A stretch of 64,000 nucleotides of DNA from Octopus vulgaris (GCA_951406725.2 OX597825.1:63550001-63614000), one strand, 5' to 3'; shown: positions 11,979 to 25,515, counted from the first letter of the stretch. Notes: generated from the sequence alone by a model not told the origin. Program-made: numbers and translations.

Positions 11979-13846
11979 TTCGCGTTTAAGATACCTTCTT
12001 AAAATATTCATAAGTTAAACTTTTGTTTTCGTGCACCTAATTCAGGTTATATTCTGAAGCAGTCAGAAATGTTAGTGTTATATCTGGCCCTGCCACGATC
12101 TCCGTAAACGGCTTCAAATATTAGAAACATGTGTGTTTTCTTTACACCTTCATTAGATAGTTTTCTTCTTAATTGTGTCTCTTAGTGTGATGTAGACTCA
12201 CTTTGGATATTAAACCTTAAAATTCCAGTTACTTCTTTACTACTTTTGCAAATACTCCATGGAGTTCTGCCATTATTTCAGACAATATACTGAAAACCTT
12301 TAGACCTTTGAATCCTAAGCTATTCCACACTTTCTAGCTCTAGATATTGAAGTTGGAACCATTGCACAATGCAACAATGGAACATTAGCAATACGCTTAA
12401 GAACTTTCCTTGGTAATGTAGTGGTTTTCTCTTGTCTGTTCTATCCTATGAAAGAAAAATGTCATCAGTAGCGTTGATATGTGAATCGTATGACGCTCGG
12501 CGAGCAAACACCTCTTCCAACAATACGGCTTTAGTTACTAGAAGGTTAAAAGCATAGATTTTCTACGGTGCTACACTCGTCTTTTGCTATAGAAATCTAT
12601 TTAAAAAGAATTATGTAAAATGTGTTTAAGCTATTTGCTAAACATAAATGATATTATAGCATAAAAACAATGTTAATACAGGTGATATACACTCATGAAC
12701 GAACAGAACTAAACATCCCTTCGATCACCCGTGCCTTATAGAAGTAGTGATATGTGATGGAGGACCAAGCTTTGCTACACAGAAACACAACATAGAACGT
12801 AAACACATTGTAAGAAGTGAAGTTAGGCATAAAAAAAGAGAAATAAGACAGCATCATCGAGTTAAGTCGTTTACATTAAAAATTAAATAATATGCATTAA
12901 TGCTTTTAAAACGTGTAACATACATAAGCCAAGAAAAGGCTACCATTAGTACTTCCAGTAATTAATTAATCATTAGATCAAAATATTGTACGATCAGTAT
13001 ACACTTCCAAAAGCCCTGGCATTTCAATTATGCTTTAAAAGAAATCAAATTTTGCTGTCTTGGAAAATAACGGCTAAAATGTCAGACACAAAAACACACA
13101 CACCCAATTGGACAGTGATAGAAGCAGAGCAGTAGACCCACATACATGTGTAAACATGAGCAATACTTAAAATATACACCGGTTGCGATAGAAAAAAGTC
13201 AGACACAGTAACATAGAATTCTAGACAAATATGCCCATACAAAACGTATAAACCCCTGCACAGACTAAATATCAAACAATCAAATATCTAAATCAACAAC
13301 CATGTTCTACAGATAATGCAAATATACATAAATCGCCAAATAGAATAAAGAGAACTCAAATGGAAAATCTTTTGAAAATACCTGAAATACGCAACCATAC
13401 ATCAGGTTTGTGCTTAGAAACAACCGGAGTATAGTAATAATAAGAGATTGCTATATAAACGTTATTTGAAAAACTGTATTTTAATATGGTATTACGAGGA
13501 CAGACTGGGGAATTGAAATGACTGCTTCGAGACAAAATAAAGCGAACAATTGCATCGTCTGGTAAATATTTTCAAAGTTTCCAGCACCCAGATGAATTAC
13601 TGCAAATTTTACAATAAATATAGCGCTTTAGACTAAAGAGATATTTGTTCTTTCGTGAAAATCTCTTGGGTTCTCAATTGCAAAACAACAGATTTGAGTA
13701 AGAAAATACAAGATTTGAAAGATGTGAAAAAGAAAAAAAACTGACATTTTAGAAAATGACTAAATACAAAGATAGTGAAAAACGATGACAGATTCGCACA
13801 CACAAAAATGTATGTGTTTATATATGTACACGCATAAGTATGTACG

Positions 13847-13944
<98 letters not shown>

Positions 13945-14111
13945 TGTATATATATATGTATATATATATAAATATATTTATGTATGTATATATATATATA
14001 TATACTTTTCTAAATGCATATAAATACCTCATATAAATGAGTGTATAAAATGCTTATATACTTAAATATGGATGTATGTTTATATGTGTATATATATGTA
14101 TATATATATAC

Positions 14112-14144
<33 letters not shown>

Positions 14145-15644
14145 GAGGGAGAGAAAGAGAGAGATGTGTGCATATGTATGTATATATCAATATATATGAA
14201 CATATATATATACATATATATTCATACATATGTGTGCGTACATACAGTCACACGTACACATATAATGTTACTGGAAGCAGAGGAGAGAGAGAGGGAGAAG
14301 TAAGATGAGACATACGTTAATAGAATATAGAGAATGTTTACTGGGAGCTTGTGAGTCAGTGAAAAGGTAAGATATGTTGGTCTTAGACAAATAGGACAAA
14401 TAGATATACACAGAAACAAACACAAGTATATGATACAAAAAGATATGTTGGCGTGCACGAGTTGGTATGTGAATATTCCTATACACATACTTACATACAT
14501 GTATATGCATTTATATTTATATATATAGAAGGAAAAACGACAGAAAGATGATATGAAGGAGATGGAGATTATGTTAGAGAACAAAAGGCACGTGGAAATG
14601 TAGCAGATTAGTGGAAAGGAATGAGAGACAATTTTATTATGTGAAATATATAAAATATCAATCAAAATTTTGTATATTTCCAGAAAGAGGGGGAGCAACA
14701 GAGAGAGAGAGACAGACAGAGGGAGAGAGAGAAAGAGAAACAGAGAGAGAAATATATAGATATATGGATAGATATAGATAGATATTTTCATTTACATGTT
14801 TAAAAGACCTTAGGATTTTTGATCATGGTAGGGTATAGCTACAACTGTGACTGCTTAGGAAGATATTCCTAATCTCTTTCGCGGGTAATTGAACTTCTCT
14901 CTTCCGTATGACTTCCGAAATTAATAACTACTACACTGCCGCCGAGAAACGATTGTATGTATAGGTACTTATATACATGATACACATACATACAAACAAA
15001 AACACAATCACATACATACGTATTCACGTACATATTACGTACAGGCGCGAAATGTAAAATTTAATATGTAGTTTTTTTTTCCAATTGGATATGTTTAGTT
15101 ATATATTTCTATACATCGATCATTTAGAATAAAATTTATTCTTTTCATTAAACAACGTTCTGCCTTACTGTTGGTCGCACCGAGAACTATTCCAATAGAA
15201 TTCCTTAATGCAATCAGTGATGCAATTCTATGGATATTCATAGATAAATAAGCTATTGGAGATTTTAAGGGAAAATATATATTCCACTGAAAAATGTGCC
15301 AAATTGTTGAAAATTTTATTCTTCAAGAAGAAAATCGATATTATAAACTCGGTGACTTTTAGCCCAGTCTGTTATTCATATCGATTTCTCACATTGGCAC
15401 CGAGTCACATATTGATTGAATAAGGATTTAGATTTGTGAATCAACTTCAATACATTCCAGGTTTTAAATTATTGACACAAAAAGAATGCTAAGACGGTAT
15501 GGAATGCATTTGATTTCAAAACATATATTATAGACATTTACATACGCTACGGTATATTACAGTATGACCTTGAACCTGTGTATAATACTTGTGTAACATT
15601 TAGGAACAAAACAGCGATTTTTATGGGAGTGTATCAGTTGATAC

Positions 15645-15878
15645 ACCTATTTCTTTATTACCCACAAGGGGCTAAACACAGAGGGGACAAACAAGGACAG
15701 ACATAGGTATTAAGTCGATTACATCGACCCCAGTGCGTAACTGGTACTTAATTTATCGACACCGAAAGGATGAAAGGCAAAGTCAACCTCGGCGGAATTT
15801 GAACTCACAACGTAACGCAGACGAAATACCGCTAAGCATTTCGCCCGGCTTGCTAACGTTTCTGCCAGCTCGCCGCCT
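15645..15878 (-). mobile_element. SINE family A, full length
   Basis: Near-identical to 11742-11978; short putative TSD ttgatac (15638-15644 / 15879-15885). Confidence 0.9.
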
Positions 15879-15944
15879 TTGATACCATTGACCCTCGACA
15901 TTATACTGATACTCTGTATATATTAACCCTAGGTGAAGTAATGA

Positions 15945-16155
15945 TTTCAAATTTTGGCACAGGCGAGCAATTTTAGGGCAGTGGATAAGTCGTTGGCATC
16001 GACCCCAGTATTCAACTGGTACTTATTTTATCCACCCCCAGAAGAATGAAAAGCAAAGTCGACCTTAGCGGAATTTAAACTCAGAACATTAGCACGGACG
16101 AAATGATTAGCATCATTTCGTCCGGCATGCTGAAGGTTCTGCCAACTCGCCGCAT
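15945..16155 (-). mobile_element. SINE family A variant (different 3' end), older copy
   Basis: gaccccagtattcaactggtacttattttatc...gcaaagtcgaccttagcggaatttaaactcagaac...gccaactcgccgc. Confidence 0.75.
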
Positions 16156-18764
16156 TGAATAATGAGAACGAAAAAACTGACTTTCTGGTCTCAAACCACT
16201 CTGAAATTCTGCAATCCTAAGCCTTTATTTAACTGTATCGACCTTAGATACAATGTCAGCTGATTTATTGGGGAGGCGGATTGTTTCTATTATATACATG
16301 AGTAATGGAATATTACATCCTTCTATCTAATGACAAAGCTGAGTTGGTGAAACTTAAACTCAGAAAGCAAAGTGCCACAACAAATGCCGAACGATTTTAC
16401 CAACGCTGTAACAATTCTAATGATCCATTACCCTTAATTTGTAAATAGTAAAGTCTTCTAAAATTTCATATTTAACATTATTATTCCTTTGGACACTGTA
16501 TTTTTTAGTAATATGTACTACATAACAGTTAAGAACGTTAATCCCCGCCTTCATTTGTTTCAGTATCTTTTGTTGATTTTAATATCCCCAAAGATTTAGA
16601 TTCATAGGTTAGGCGCAGTGTGGGTTTCTGTCTGAATATAAAAGATAATACAACGAATAGCTATCTATTATCGTAATCAACTACAGAGTAAATTATAATT
16701 AATAATTACTTTCTACTACACCAAGTGATTGACGCTATTATGTAATTCTATAGAGGTTTGACAAAATAATTAGTTTATTAATTTTCAGGACAACTAAATA
16801 GTAATTAAAGAAATTATTTCTATTCATAAATGTGTAGGATTGGTTCCGTAAATTAGATTCCTGGTCAATACTAATAATATATAATCTATACACTTGATTA
16901 CATTGTCTGCAAGTATTTTATTCATTTAGCTGCTTTTTCAACTCATTGCAGTAACTCGCAGCTGAACCGCCAACCTCTCGAATAAAGAGTCTGTTAAAGT
17001 CCTCCAGTGTCCAAAGTAAAACGGATATGGAACCGTTAGAAAGCTGATTGTAGGATAACATACTTCGTTTGCAAAACGTCAAAATTGGATATTGAAACAT
17101 CTTGCAGTAATTCAATGCTGGACAACGTAAATAAATTTAATGAGATAAAAGACACATTGTAGTTTAAATCTCTTGAGAGTATACATTATATTTTAATGCC
17201 ACCATACTAATGATATATATCATCTTGCGTATCATAAGATTTATTAGATATTTTTATCGTCGATATAAAATTCAAATTGTATATTAATTTTCCAATTTAT
17301 ATTTAACCAAATATTTTTTTTGTCTTTTGAATTTACATAGGTTCGCTTACGTTCTGAAACGATTGTAGATAATTGATTTGAAAATAACTTTTATATAGAA
17401 TAACTATTTTGAACGATGTTGTTTTCGGTTACAATATTTGAGCATATCAGTCAGTGCTTTACTGTACTGATGATAGTAGAGTAACAAGTGGGTGTCGATG
17501 CAATTGGGAAGCTATAAATATTACACGTTACTTTTGTTTTATTATTGAAGCATCGCATCAGCAAATCGGTGTTCTCATCGATATTAGTTTTTTTCGCCAA
17601 ACTATATTTGTAGTACATCTACGCAAATGCAGTTCCTACCATTTTTCAAGAAGCACTATGCACTTTTAATGCTTGTAATAGGTGAAATTTCAATTTCCAG
17701 AATAAAGGTTTGCAGTATTTTCTAAATATCTACTGTTTTTCTAAACAGTCGTAGAAAAGAGATATGAAATTATTGCTTATTGTAATTGTGGACAAGACAA
17801 ACAGAAGTCACACTTGTGAGTTATAGTCAGGACGAGATAAAAATGTGCAGACATGAAATGAACTAATGATCCGTTTACTTACTCTTTGCTGTGAGTAGCT
17901 TCTGTTTCTGCATAAAGAATTATTTTCAAAGCAGTGATTCTTTATCTAATATTAATAATGCATTCTAAGGGGTTTTCACAGAACAAACCACCAAATATTC
18001 TATTCGTGTCAAATCAAAAACACATATGTTGATTTTACTGTGCCGTCGCTGCGTATGCATTGTGATAAATTCAGCCATATCTATGGCAGTTAGCTTGATA
18101 AGGCTGTTCAAGATGGCAACAGAAAGGTAGCCGAAGTCTGATTCATACTGCTAAATTTAGTGATAGCGTTAATGATACTGGGTTAGTCAAAGCATCTTTT
18201 TTATTTGCTGAGTCAGGAGTAAAAGGAAGAGTGCACGAGTTTCGTAGACCCAACTTCGAAACTGGTTGAGATTGATTTTGTTATGTTCTTTGAATCTGTT
18301 ACAGGCCAAAACTTACACAACTGAGAGAAGTATCAGAGATTCGATGATCTAAGGAAGAGTTGTTGGAGATAGCGGTTAGTGCAGAGGAAGGCGATTCGGT
18401 CGCTACAAATGTAACGAGAGGTGGAGAGACAAATGGGATTGAGGTACCTAACTGCGCCAGCCAGATCACCGGAGCAGTGGCTATTATGTAAGCTGCAGGA
18501 AAAAGTGATGAAACAATACATCTGTGCATCAGAGGGTTACGCGTGTATGTTAGTAACGGGAATGACCCTTCTCTAGATACGATCCAAATGGACATTAAAT
18601 TACAGCATTTTCCCTCACACAAGCACTTGACTCCATTTTTCACCACTTTTGTCCCCGGAAGATTCACAACTGCTGCTGATAAAGAATGAAGTATCTTCTG
18701 GATTTATTTTTATCAAGATATTCTGTGAAAGTCAGTGCTAATTTACATTTTATAGAATCGCTAG

Positions 18765-19258
<494 letters not shown>

Positions 19259-19523
19259 CTGTCTCTAGGCAAATGTGCAATAACTATGAAGGCACATAAA
19301 AGCATACAAATAATGAAATATAGTTTTAATAAAATGTTTATTGGATATACATGTTCAATGGATATAAAGACTACGAACTTTTAAGATTTGTTAGCAGAGT
19401 GAAATTCAATAAGAATTCATATAATTCATGTAACTACACGCACGTCATACTACATATTGTCGTGGTAGTTTTCGTTATAGTCATCGTCCGGGCCGTTGCT
19501 GATTAACCCATATCGGTCTAGAC

Positions 19524-20171
19524 CAGTGGCTCATAACTACCTTTTGCATATGAACCCCTTTGATTCCTATTTTACTCTGAGGTGGGGCCCCTCAAGTCGA
19601 TTCGGTGTCAAAATCTCCTATTATACATTTATGACTAAATAGTATTAGGAACTGTCCTTAAATCCCTAAAATCCTTAAATATGTTTCAGCCCGAAAGCTG
19701 CGGCCATGCTGGGGCACCACCGGTGAATGAGCTACACTAGTATGTGAAACCACCTCTGATACGTGGCACTTGGTCAACAAGGGTGATCGACGCCGCTGCC
19801 CGCATCTGTGTTTCCTGCCGAGAAGTAGGTTCATCTGGAATCCCTGACAAGAAGAGATCCAGTTTAGTTTTAAAGAAACCCACATACACACCATGCAGGT
19901 CTCTCAGGCATTTAGGAAGGATATTGAAGAGATGTGGTCCCCTGAAACCAAAGCTGTTGCAGTATATGGTCCTGTATTTTGAAATATGATGTTGGGATCT
20001 TTGGCACCATGCAGTGTCGCCCCGTTCTGCTGATAGGGTAACTTTCAATGCCAAAATTGTATTTTAGAATGATGATTAAATATTTTGTGTAATGCAGAAA
20101 TATAAGCAGTTTATTCCCTAAATCTTGTATGGACCACCAACGGCCATATGGACCTCACTTGGGAACAACTG
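19524..20171. mobile_element. hAT (Charlie-like) non-autonomous element hosting a nested LINE fragment
   Basis: Termini cagtggctcataac / ttgggaacaactg resemble CAGTGGTTCCCAA; 8-bp flanks gtctagac / gtatagat fit an NTCTAGAN-type TSD. Confidence 0.7.
19680..20056 (-). mobile_element. CR1/L2-group LINE 3' end (ORF2 C-terminus + 3' UTR), 5'-truncated
   Basis: ORF 19737-20054: RTIYCNSFGFRGPHLFNILPKCLRDL...FKTKLDLFLSGIPDEP, typical post-RT C-terminus; tail ggtgccccagcatggccgcagc...gctgaaac. Confidence 0.8.
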
Positions 20172-20363
20172 GTATAGATTGAGTAAATCGAAGGTCAAAA
20201 CTATACCAGCTGAAATGAACCCGTTTTTTCGCTTTTGTTTTCTTTCAAGTAATTTTACATCAGACTACTTTATCAAAATATAGCTCGGTATACAAATTAC
20301 AACTTATTACCTTTGGGTAAACTGTAGGAAAAATAAGCCCCCATCAATCTCTGATTTTGTAAC

Positions 20364-20700
20364 AAGCAAAATAGCTAGTTAGAAAAATCTCAATAGGAGA
20401 TGAAGTTGTAACCATACTATATCAATATAGCGGGGGTTAAAACAGTAGAAACGTCGAACAGCCATATTGATGTTGCGATAAATATTACTTCTTAGTACTT
20501 TTATCTTTTATTAAGATTTTTCTAACTAGTTACTTTGCTTATATTTATAAACATATCTGTTTACAAGTAAATGTAGGGATAAGCAAGTGACACACACGTC
20601 AATGTATAAAGTATATTAAGTATATGGAATACAAAAATAATGTATATATGTTTACATACGGAAAAGTCGGTCTTACACAGAATAGAAAAGATATTGTGTA
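20364..20700. repeat. Fold-back repeat (family FA, 20364-20540) followed by a fragment of family FB
   Basis: Inverted arms aagcaaaatagctagttagaaaaatctcaata / tattaagatttttctaactagttactttgctt; homologous to 26221-26375; 20550-20700 homologous to 26752-26870 and to the reverse complement of 27200-27350. Confidence 0.75.
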
Positions 20701-20939
20701 AACTGTAGGATGTTGATTTCAATATTTGGCCGTTGAGTTCTTTTACAGTTTCGATGGATCATAAAATTATAGTGTGAAATCGTCGAAAAAGTAAACCTGT
20801 AGTGTTGGTTGGCAATAAAACAAATTAAAAGCAATAACTTAGATTACACCTGAAAACGTTCGTATTCGAAGATGAAATGACTCAGAACAAAGAGACGATG
20901 GTGAATACAAGGAAGAAAGAAATTGAGGAACTGAGAGAA

Positions 20940-21005
<66 letters not shown>

Positions 21006-21189
21006 GAAGGTAAAGCGAAAGAATGAGAAAGTAGTTGAGGTGGTGGGGCGCTATTGTATTGTAATCCTTATGGATTAATGACATTGTATTTGCATTTTTA
21101 ATCGCTGACGCAGATAGCCAGAGCCTTGGGTTGGAGAATTTTGATGGTGTAAGTAACTGGTAAGAGTAATACTTCTTCTGAGGATAATG

Positions 21190-21442
21190 GCGATGATTTG
21201 AATGGTGATGACGGTGGTGATTATTTGGTTTGTAATGATGACAGTGTTGATCATGACGAGGGGTTTAGCAGTGAGGATTATGATGACAGTAACTGTTATA
21301 ATGACGAGGATCATAATAACGAACGCAATAATGATGATGATGATGATGAGGAGGAGGAGGAGGAGGAGGACGGAGAGGATAATGATGATATTGATTATGA
21401 TGATAATGATAATGATGATGATGATGATGAAGATGGTGATGG

Positions 21443-21500
<58 letters not shown>

Positions 21501-21660
21501 GATGCTGCTGCTGATGATGATGAGGATGATGAGGATAATGATGAGGATGATGAGGATGATGAGGATGAGGATAAGGATGAGGATGAAGAGGAGGAGGGAA
21601 AGGAGAAGCTTGAGTCTAACGATGATGATCTCTATGAAGATATTAACGAATTAAGATTCT
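21190..21660. repeat. Degenerate (GAT)n/(GAG)n trinucleotide array
   Basis: Direct inspection; gives a poly-D/E ORF. Confidence 0.9.
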
Positions 21661-21954
21661 AGATTCATCGATGATTATATTAATATACTGGAGATAATAT
21701 AATGAGGATAAAGATAAAGATACAGATAAAGATGAGGAGGAAGAGAAGAGAAGAAGGATGAAGAAGCGATATATCAGAGGTGGTGATGATTAACATAATG
21801 ATGATCAAGAAAATTATCCAAATGTAGAAGATTATAGCGTATAAGTGAATTAGGAGGAAGAAGATAAGGAAGCCGGTATAGGAAATGGAGATGAGGGTAA
21901 AATATTAGGTCGACTACGATGACTAGATTGACGATAATAACGCTGCTACCACTG

Positions 21955-21966
21955 AGGTGGTGGTGG

Positions 21967-22014
<48 letters not shown>

Positions 22015-22111
22015 CGATGATGATGATGAAGATGATGATGATGATGATTATTATTATGTTGATGATGATGATTTTGAAGATGATGATTATGATGATGAAG
22101 ATGTTGATGAA

Positions 22112-22144
<33 letters not shown>

Positions 22145-22219
22145 GATGATGATGATGATGGTGATGATGACAATGATGAAGATGATGATGATTATGATGA
22201 TGATGAAGATGATGATGAA

Positions 22220-22262
<43 letters not shown>

Positions 22263-22540
22263 GTGATGATGACAATAATGAAGATAATGATGATGGTGAT
22301 GATGACAATGATGAAGATGATGATGACGATGACGATGACGATGATGATGATGATGATGATTATGATGATGATGATGATGAAGATGATGATGATGATGATG
22401 ACGATGATGATGACGATGATGACGACGATGATGATGACGATGATGATGAAGATATGTTTATGATGTTGATAGGGGTGGTGATGATGATGATAATGATAAT
22501 GATGATGACGATGACGATAATGTCGATGATGATGATGCAG
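21955..22540. repeat. Long (GAT)n microsatellite with interruptions (~580 bp)
   Basis: Direct inspection. Confidence 0.95.
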
Positions 22541-22927
22541 CACTCACGCAAAATAGCCCGAGCACATACAGCAATTCCATTTAGCGAACAATAAAACTGC
22601 ATTGCAACGGTCTTTGATGAGTAATAAATGCATAACACAGGAAGAATAGGTTATAATTCCAGAGAAACTGAGCAATTAGTGATTAACTTCGTGGCTTAGA
22701 ATGTGGAAGATAATCTGCTATTATATTGCAGGTGGTAACATTGATTGGTGCCTGAAATCTGGTCTGGCGTTGTGATAGTTTTAATGAGGAGTGATTTTTG
22801 TGGAAGAATTAAGGAAACTAGAAACAAATCATGTGATATATATATATAAATATACATACATACACACACACACATATATACATACATATATATGTATATA
22901 TATATATATGTATGTCTGTGTGTGTCA

Positions 22928-23060
22928 CACGGTTCCGAGTTTAGTCCCACTGCGTGGCACCTTGGACTATAGCCTCGAACTGACCAAAGCCTTGTGAGTG
23001 GATTTGGTAGACGGAAACTGTAAGAAGCCTGTCGTATATATATATATATATATATATATA
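22928..23060 (+). mobile_element. Partial SINE family C
   Basis: ggttccgagtttagtcccactgcgtggcaccttgg...ccaaagccttgtgagtggatttggtagacggaaactg matches 38391-38797. Confidence 0.8.
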
Positions 23061-23087
23061 TGGGTGTGTGTGATTGTGTATAGAAGA

Positions 23088-23852
23088 ATATATTAATAAA
23101 AAGAATTCCAACCTTGTCTGATTTTCACGTTTTATTTACAATCTTATAATGATATATTATAAGATAATATATTATAATTGAATAAAATAAAATGAAATAG
23201 TAGAATGTTAAATATTCATTCTGATTGAACTAGTACTTTCATGCATTGAATTCTGCAATCTTCGGGTTCATGTAGTAGTGTTGACAGTCATGCTTCACAA
23301 TTTTTGACTGTAGCAAGATGAGTGATTCTGTGCTATAAATACAGCTGGGTAGGCTCCAGAGTGCTAGGTTTTGCAAACTGTATTCTGACCAATCAGTGTG
23401 TAGTATCACTCAATTACTTAAGCTGATTGGTTGGTTGAGCTGATTGGTTTAGGCATCACGCTTTGTTGGACAGGTCAAGAGTCCTGTATCTTGACCCTGG
23501 CCGAAGCAGCAATTGTTGGGTTATTTTTAGAAATGTTGTAAATATCCTTTGTCAGAGATTTTTATATTTTTATATTTCAATTGTCATCATCATCATTGTC
23601 AGCACCTTAATTATTGTTGCTAGTGGTGATGGTGGTGGCAATAGAACTTTTAAACCCTAAATAAGATAATTTTCCTGCTATCTTCGTCTTGATCACCTTT
23701 AGTATTGTTGTTGTTGTTAGTGGTCATGGTCGTAGCAGTGGAAGTAATACCTCTAAGTATTATTATTATTGCTTATTTAGCTTGGGTTCGAATTTATCAA
23801 TAAAATTCTTTTCTCTGATTTTCCTCTCGATTTCACTTGGGCTGTGTAATTT
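23088..23852 (-). repeat. Left inverted pseudo-LTR (reverse complement of 25429-26193)
   Basis: Positions pair as p + p' = 49281; identical 65-aa ORFs at 23463..23660(+) and 25621..25818(-); no mismatch seen. Confidence 0.95.
23226..23270 (-). ncRNA. Minimal type-I hammerhead ribozyme (antisense copy in left pLTR)
   Basis: Exact reverse complement of 26011-26055. Confidence 0.7.
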
Positions 23853-25515
23853 TGAACCAAAACCCAGCAACTTCTACGGCTTACCAAAAATACACAAATC
23901 AAAAAACATTCAACAGGCAGTAAAAGAACAAGAAAGTGAGTACATAAAATTATTACATCCAAAAGACCTAAAACTTAGACCTATTATAGCTGGTCCAGCA
24001 TGCCCTACACACCGTCTAAGCAATGTTATTGACATTGTTTTGAAACCACTATGTACTTACATACCAAGTTTCATCAGGGATGACATCGACTTCCTGTCCC
24101 ATCTTCCCAAAACAACAGAAACAAAATCAGTTTTACTAAGTTTTGATGTGGTAAGCCTCTACACCAATATTCCACACGATTTAGGAATAAAGGCGATTAA
24201 ATACTGGTTAGAAAAACATAGAGAAGTGATTCCCAGCAGATTCACAGTGCCATTTATATTAGACACAGTCAAACTTATTCTAGAAAATAACACATTCTTC
24301 TTCAATGGAAAGAATTACATCCAAATTAGAGGCACGGCGATGGGAACGAGGTTTGCTCCCGTTTACGCCAACTCTGTAATGGGATACTTAGAAGAACAAC
24401 TCTACCAAGAGGTGGAGGTAAACTATGGCACTGGATTTAGAAAGTATATTGAAAAGGCATGGAAGAGATACCTAGACGACTGTTTCATAATCTGGACAGA
24501 ATCTCTAAATACTCTGGAAGAGTTCAATATCCTCCTGAACAACCTACACCCATCTCTCAAATTTACAAAGGAGATGAGTAGTACCAAATTACCATTCCTG
24601 GATATAATGGTAATTAAAAAAGACACCACCATCACCACAGATATATACTATAAACACACAGACACACATCAATACCTAAATTTTAAGTCGTGCCATCCAC
24701 CACATACAAAACGTAACATCCCATACTGCCTAGCCAGAAGAATTTGTACTATTGTAGAAGATGCAAATATCAGGAACAAACGCCTAATAGAACTAAGAGA
24801 ATTTTTGCTCAAACAAAAATACCCATCTCTACTTATAGAAAATGGCATACAGCGGGCTATAAAAATACCTATACAACAACTTAGGACAACCCAAGGAAGA
24901 GGAAAACAAGAACAAGTCATACCATTCATAGTGACACACAACCCATGTCACCAGAATATCTTCAACATTGCCAAAGCAAACCTACCAATCATTGCCCAAA
25001 GTAATGAATTAAAAGACATAATCAAGGATCGAGCTATGGTGCTTAGTAAAAGACAGCCTAAAAACTTGAAAACATTACTAACAAAGGCAAAATTTGACCT
25101 CAGCAACAAAGACCAAACATTCACGGTATCTAAATGCAATGATAGCCGATGTGGCACATGCCAATTCATACATACCGGTCAATATATAAACACAAAAACC
25201 GGGAAAATATTCACAAACGCGAATATGAACTGCAAAAGCAGAAATTTAATTTACTGCATCAAATGCCCAAATTGTGAAGAAATATATGTAGGTCAGACGG
25301 GAAACGCACTATTAGAACGCTCACGTGTACACCGGCAACAGATTAGAGACCCAGAGGTCCGTCAGATACCTTTGAGTAACCACCTAGCAACATGTGGTCG
25401 GAAAATATATATAATATTTCCATTCTACAAATTACACAGCCCAAGTGAAATCGAGAGGAAAATCAGAGAAAAGAATTTTATTGATAAATTCGAACCCAAG
25501 CTAAATAAGCAATAA
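23851..25515 (+). CDS. PLE polyprotein fragment: reverse transcriptase, Cys-rich linker and GIY-YIG endonuclease (N-terminus lost)
   Basis: Within ORF 23689..25515: FYGLPKIHK, LRPIIAG, SFDVVSLYTNIP, GTAMGTRFAP, RYLDDCF, LPFLDI, YYKHT, linker CNDSRCGTC, NLIYCIKCPNCEEIYVGQT...R..H...HL...E; no stops. The first ~54 codons are antisense pLTR read-through from a TTG; the first in-frame ATG is in GTAMG. Confidence 0.93.
   Translation, partial: FEPKPSNFYGLPKIHKSKNIQQAVKEQESEYIKLLHPKDLKLRPIIAGPACPTHRLSNVIDIVLKPLCTYIPSFIRDDIDFLSHLPKTTETKSVLLSFDVVSLYTNIPHDLGIKAIKYWLEKHREVIPSRFTVPFILDTVKLILENNTFFFNGKNYIQIRGTAMGTRFAPVYANSVMGYLEEQLYQEVEVNYGTGFRKYIEKAWKRYLDDCFIIWTESLNTLEEFNILLNNLHPSLKFTKEMSSTKLPFLDIMVIKKDTTITTDIYYKHTDTHQYLNFKSCHPPHTKRNIPYCLARRICTIVEDANIRNKRLIELREFLLKQKYPSLLIENGIQRAIKIPIQQLRTTQGRGKQEQVIPFIVTHNPCHQNIFNIAKANLPIIAQSNELKDIIKDRAMVLSKRQPKNLKTLLTKAKFDLSNKDQTFTVSKCNDSRCGTCQFIHTGQYINTKTGKIFTNANMNCKSRNLIYCIKCPNCEEIYVGQTGNALLERSRVHRQQIRDPEVRQIPLSNHLATCGRKIYIIFPFYKLHSPSEIERKIREKNFIDKFEPKLNKQ

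Noticed and set aside
16918-17115. 65-aa minus-strand ORF as a host exon
   Set aside because: No recognisable motif, weak splice context, length within chance expectation
21198-21662. Acidic 154-aa protein
   Set aside because: Degenerate GAT/GAG microsatellite; non-ATG start; no flanking exon evidence
23463-23660. Duplicated 65-aa ORF (also 25621..25818) as a small accessory gene
   Set aside because: Identity is explained by the inverted repeat; TTG start, antisense to the element, no motif
23689-23850. Hydrophobic N-terminus of the 608-aa ORF as a signal or transmembrane segment fused to RT
   Set aside because: It is the antisense reading of the inverted pLTR and starts at TTG; open by chance
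23851-25515. Telomerase RT, group II intron or retron RT
   Set aside because: C-terminal GIY-YIG domain, pLTR structure and hammerhead identify a Penelope-like element
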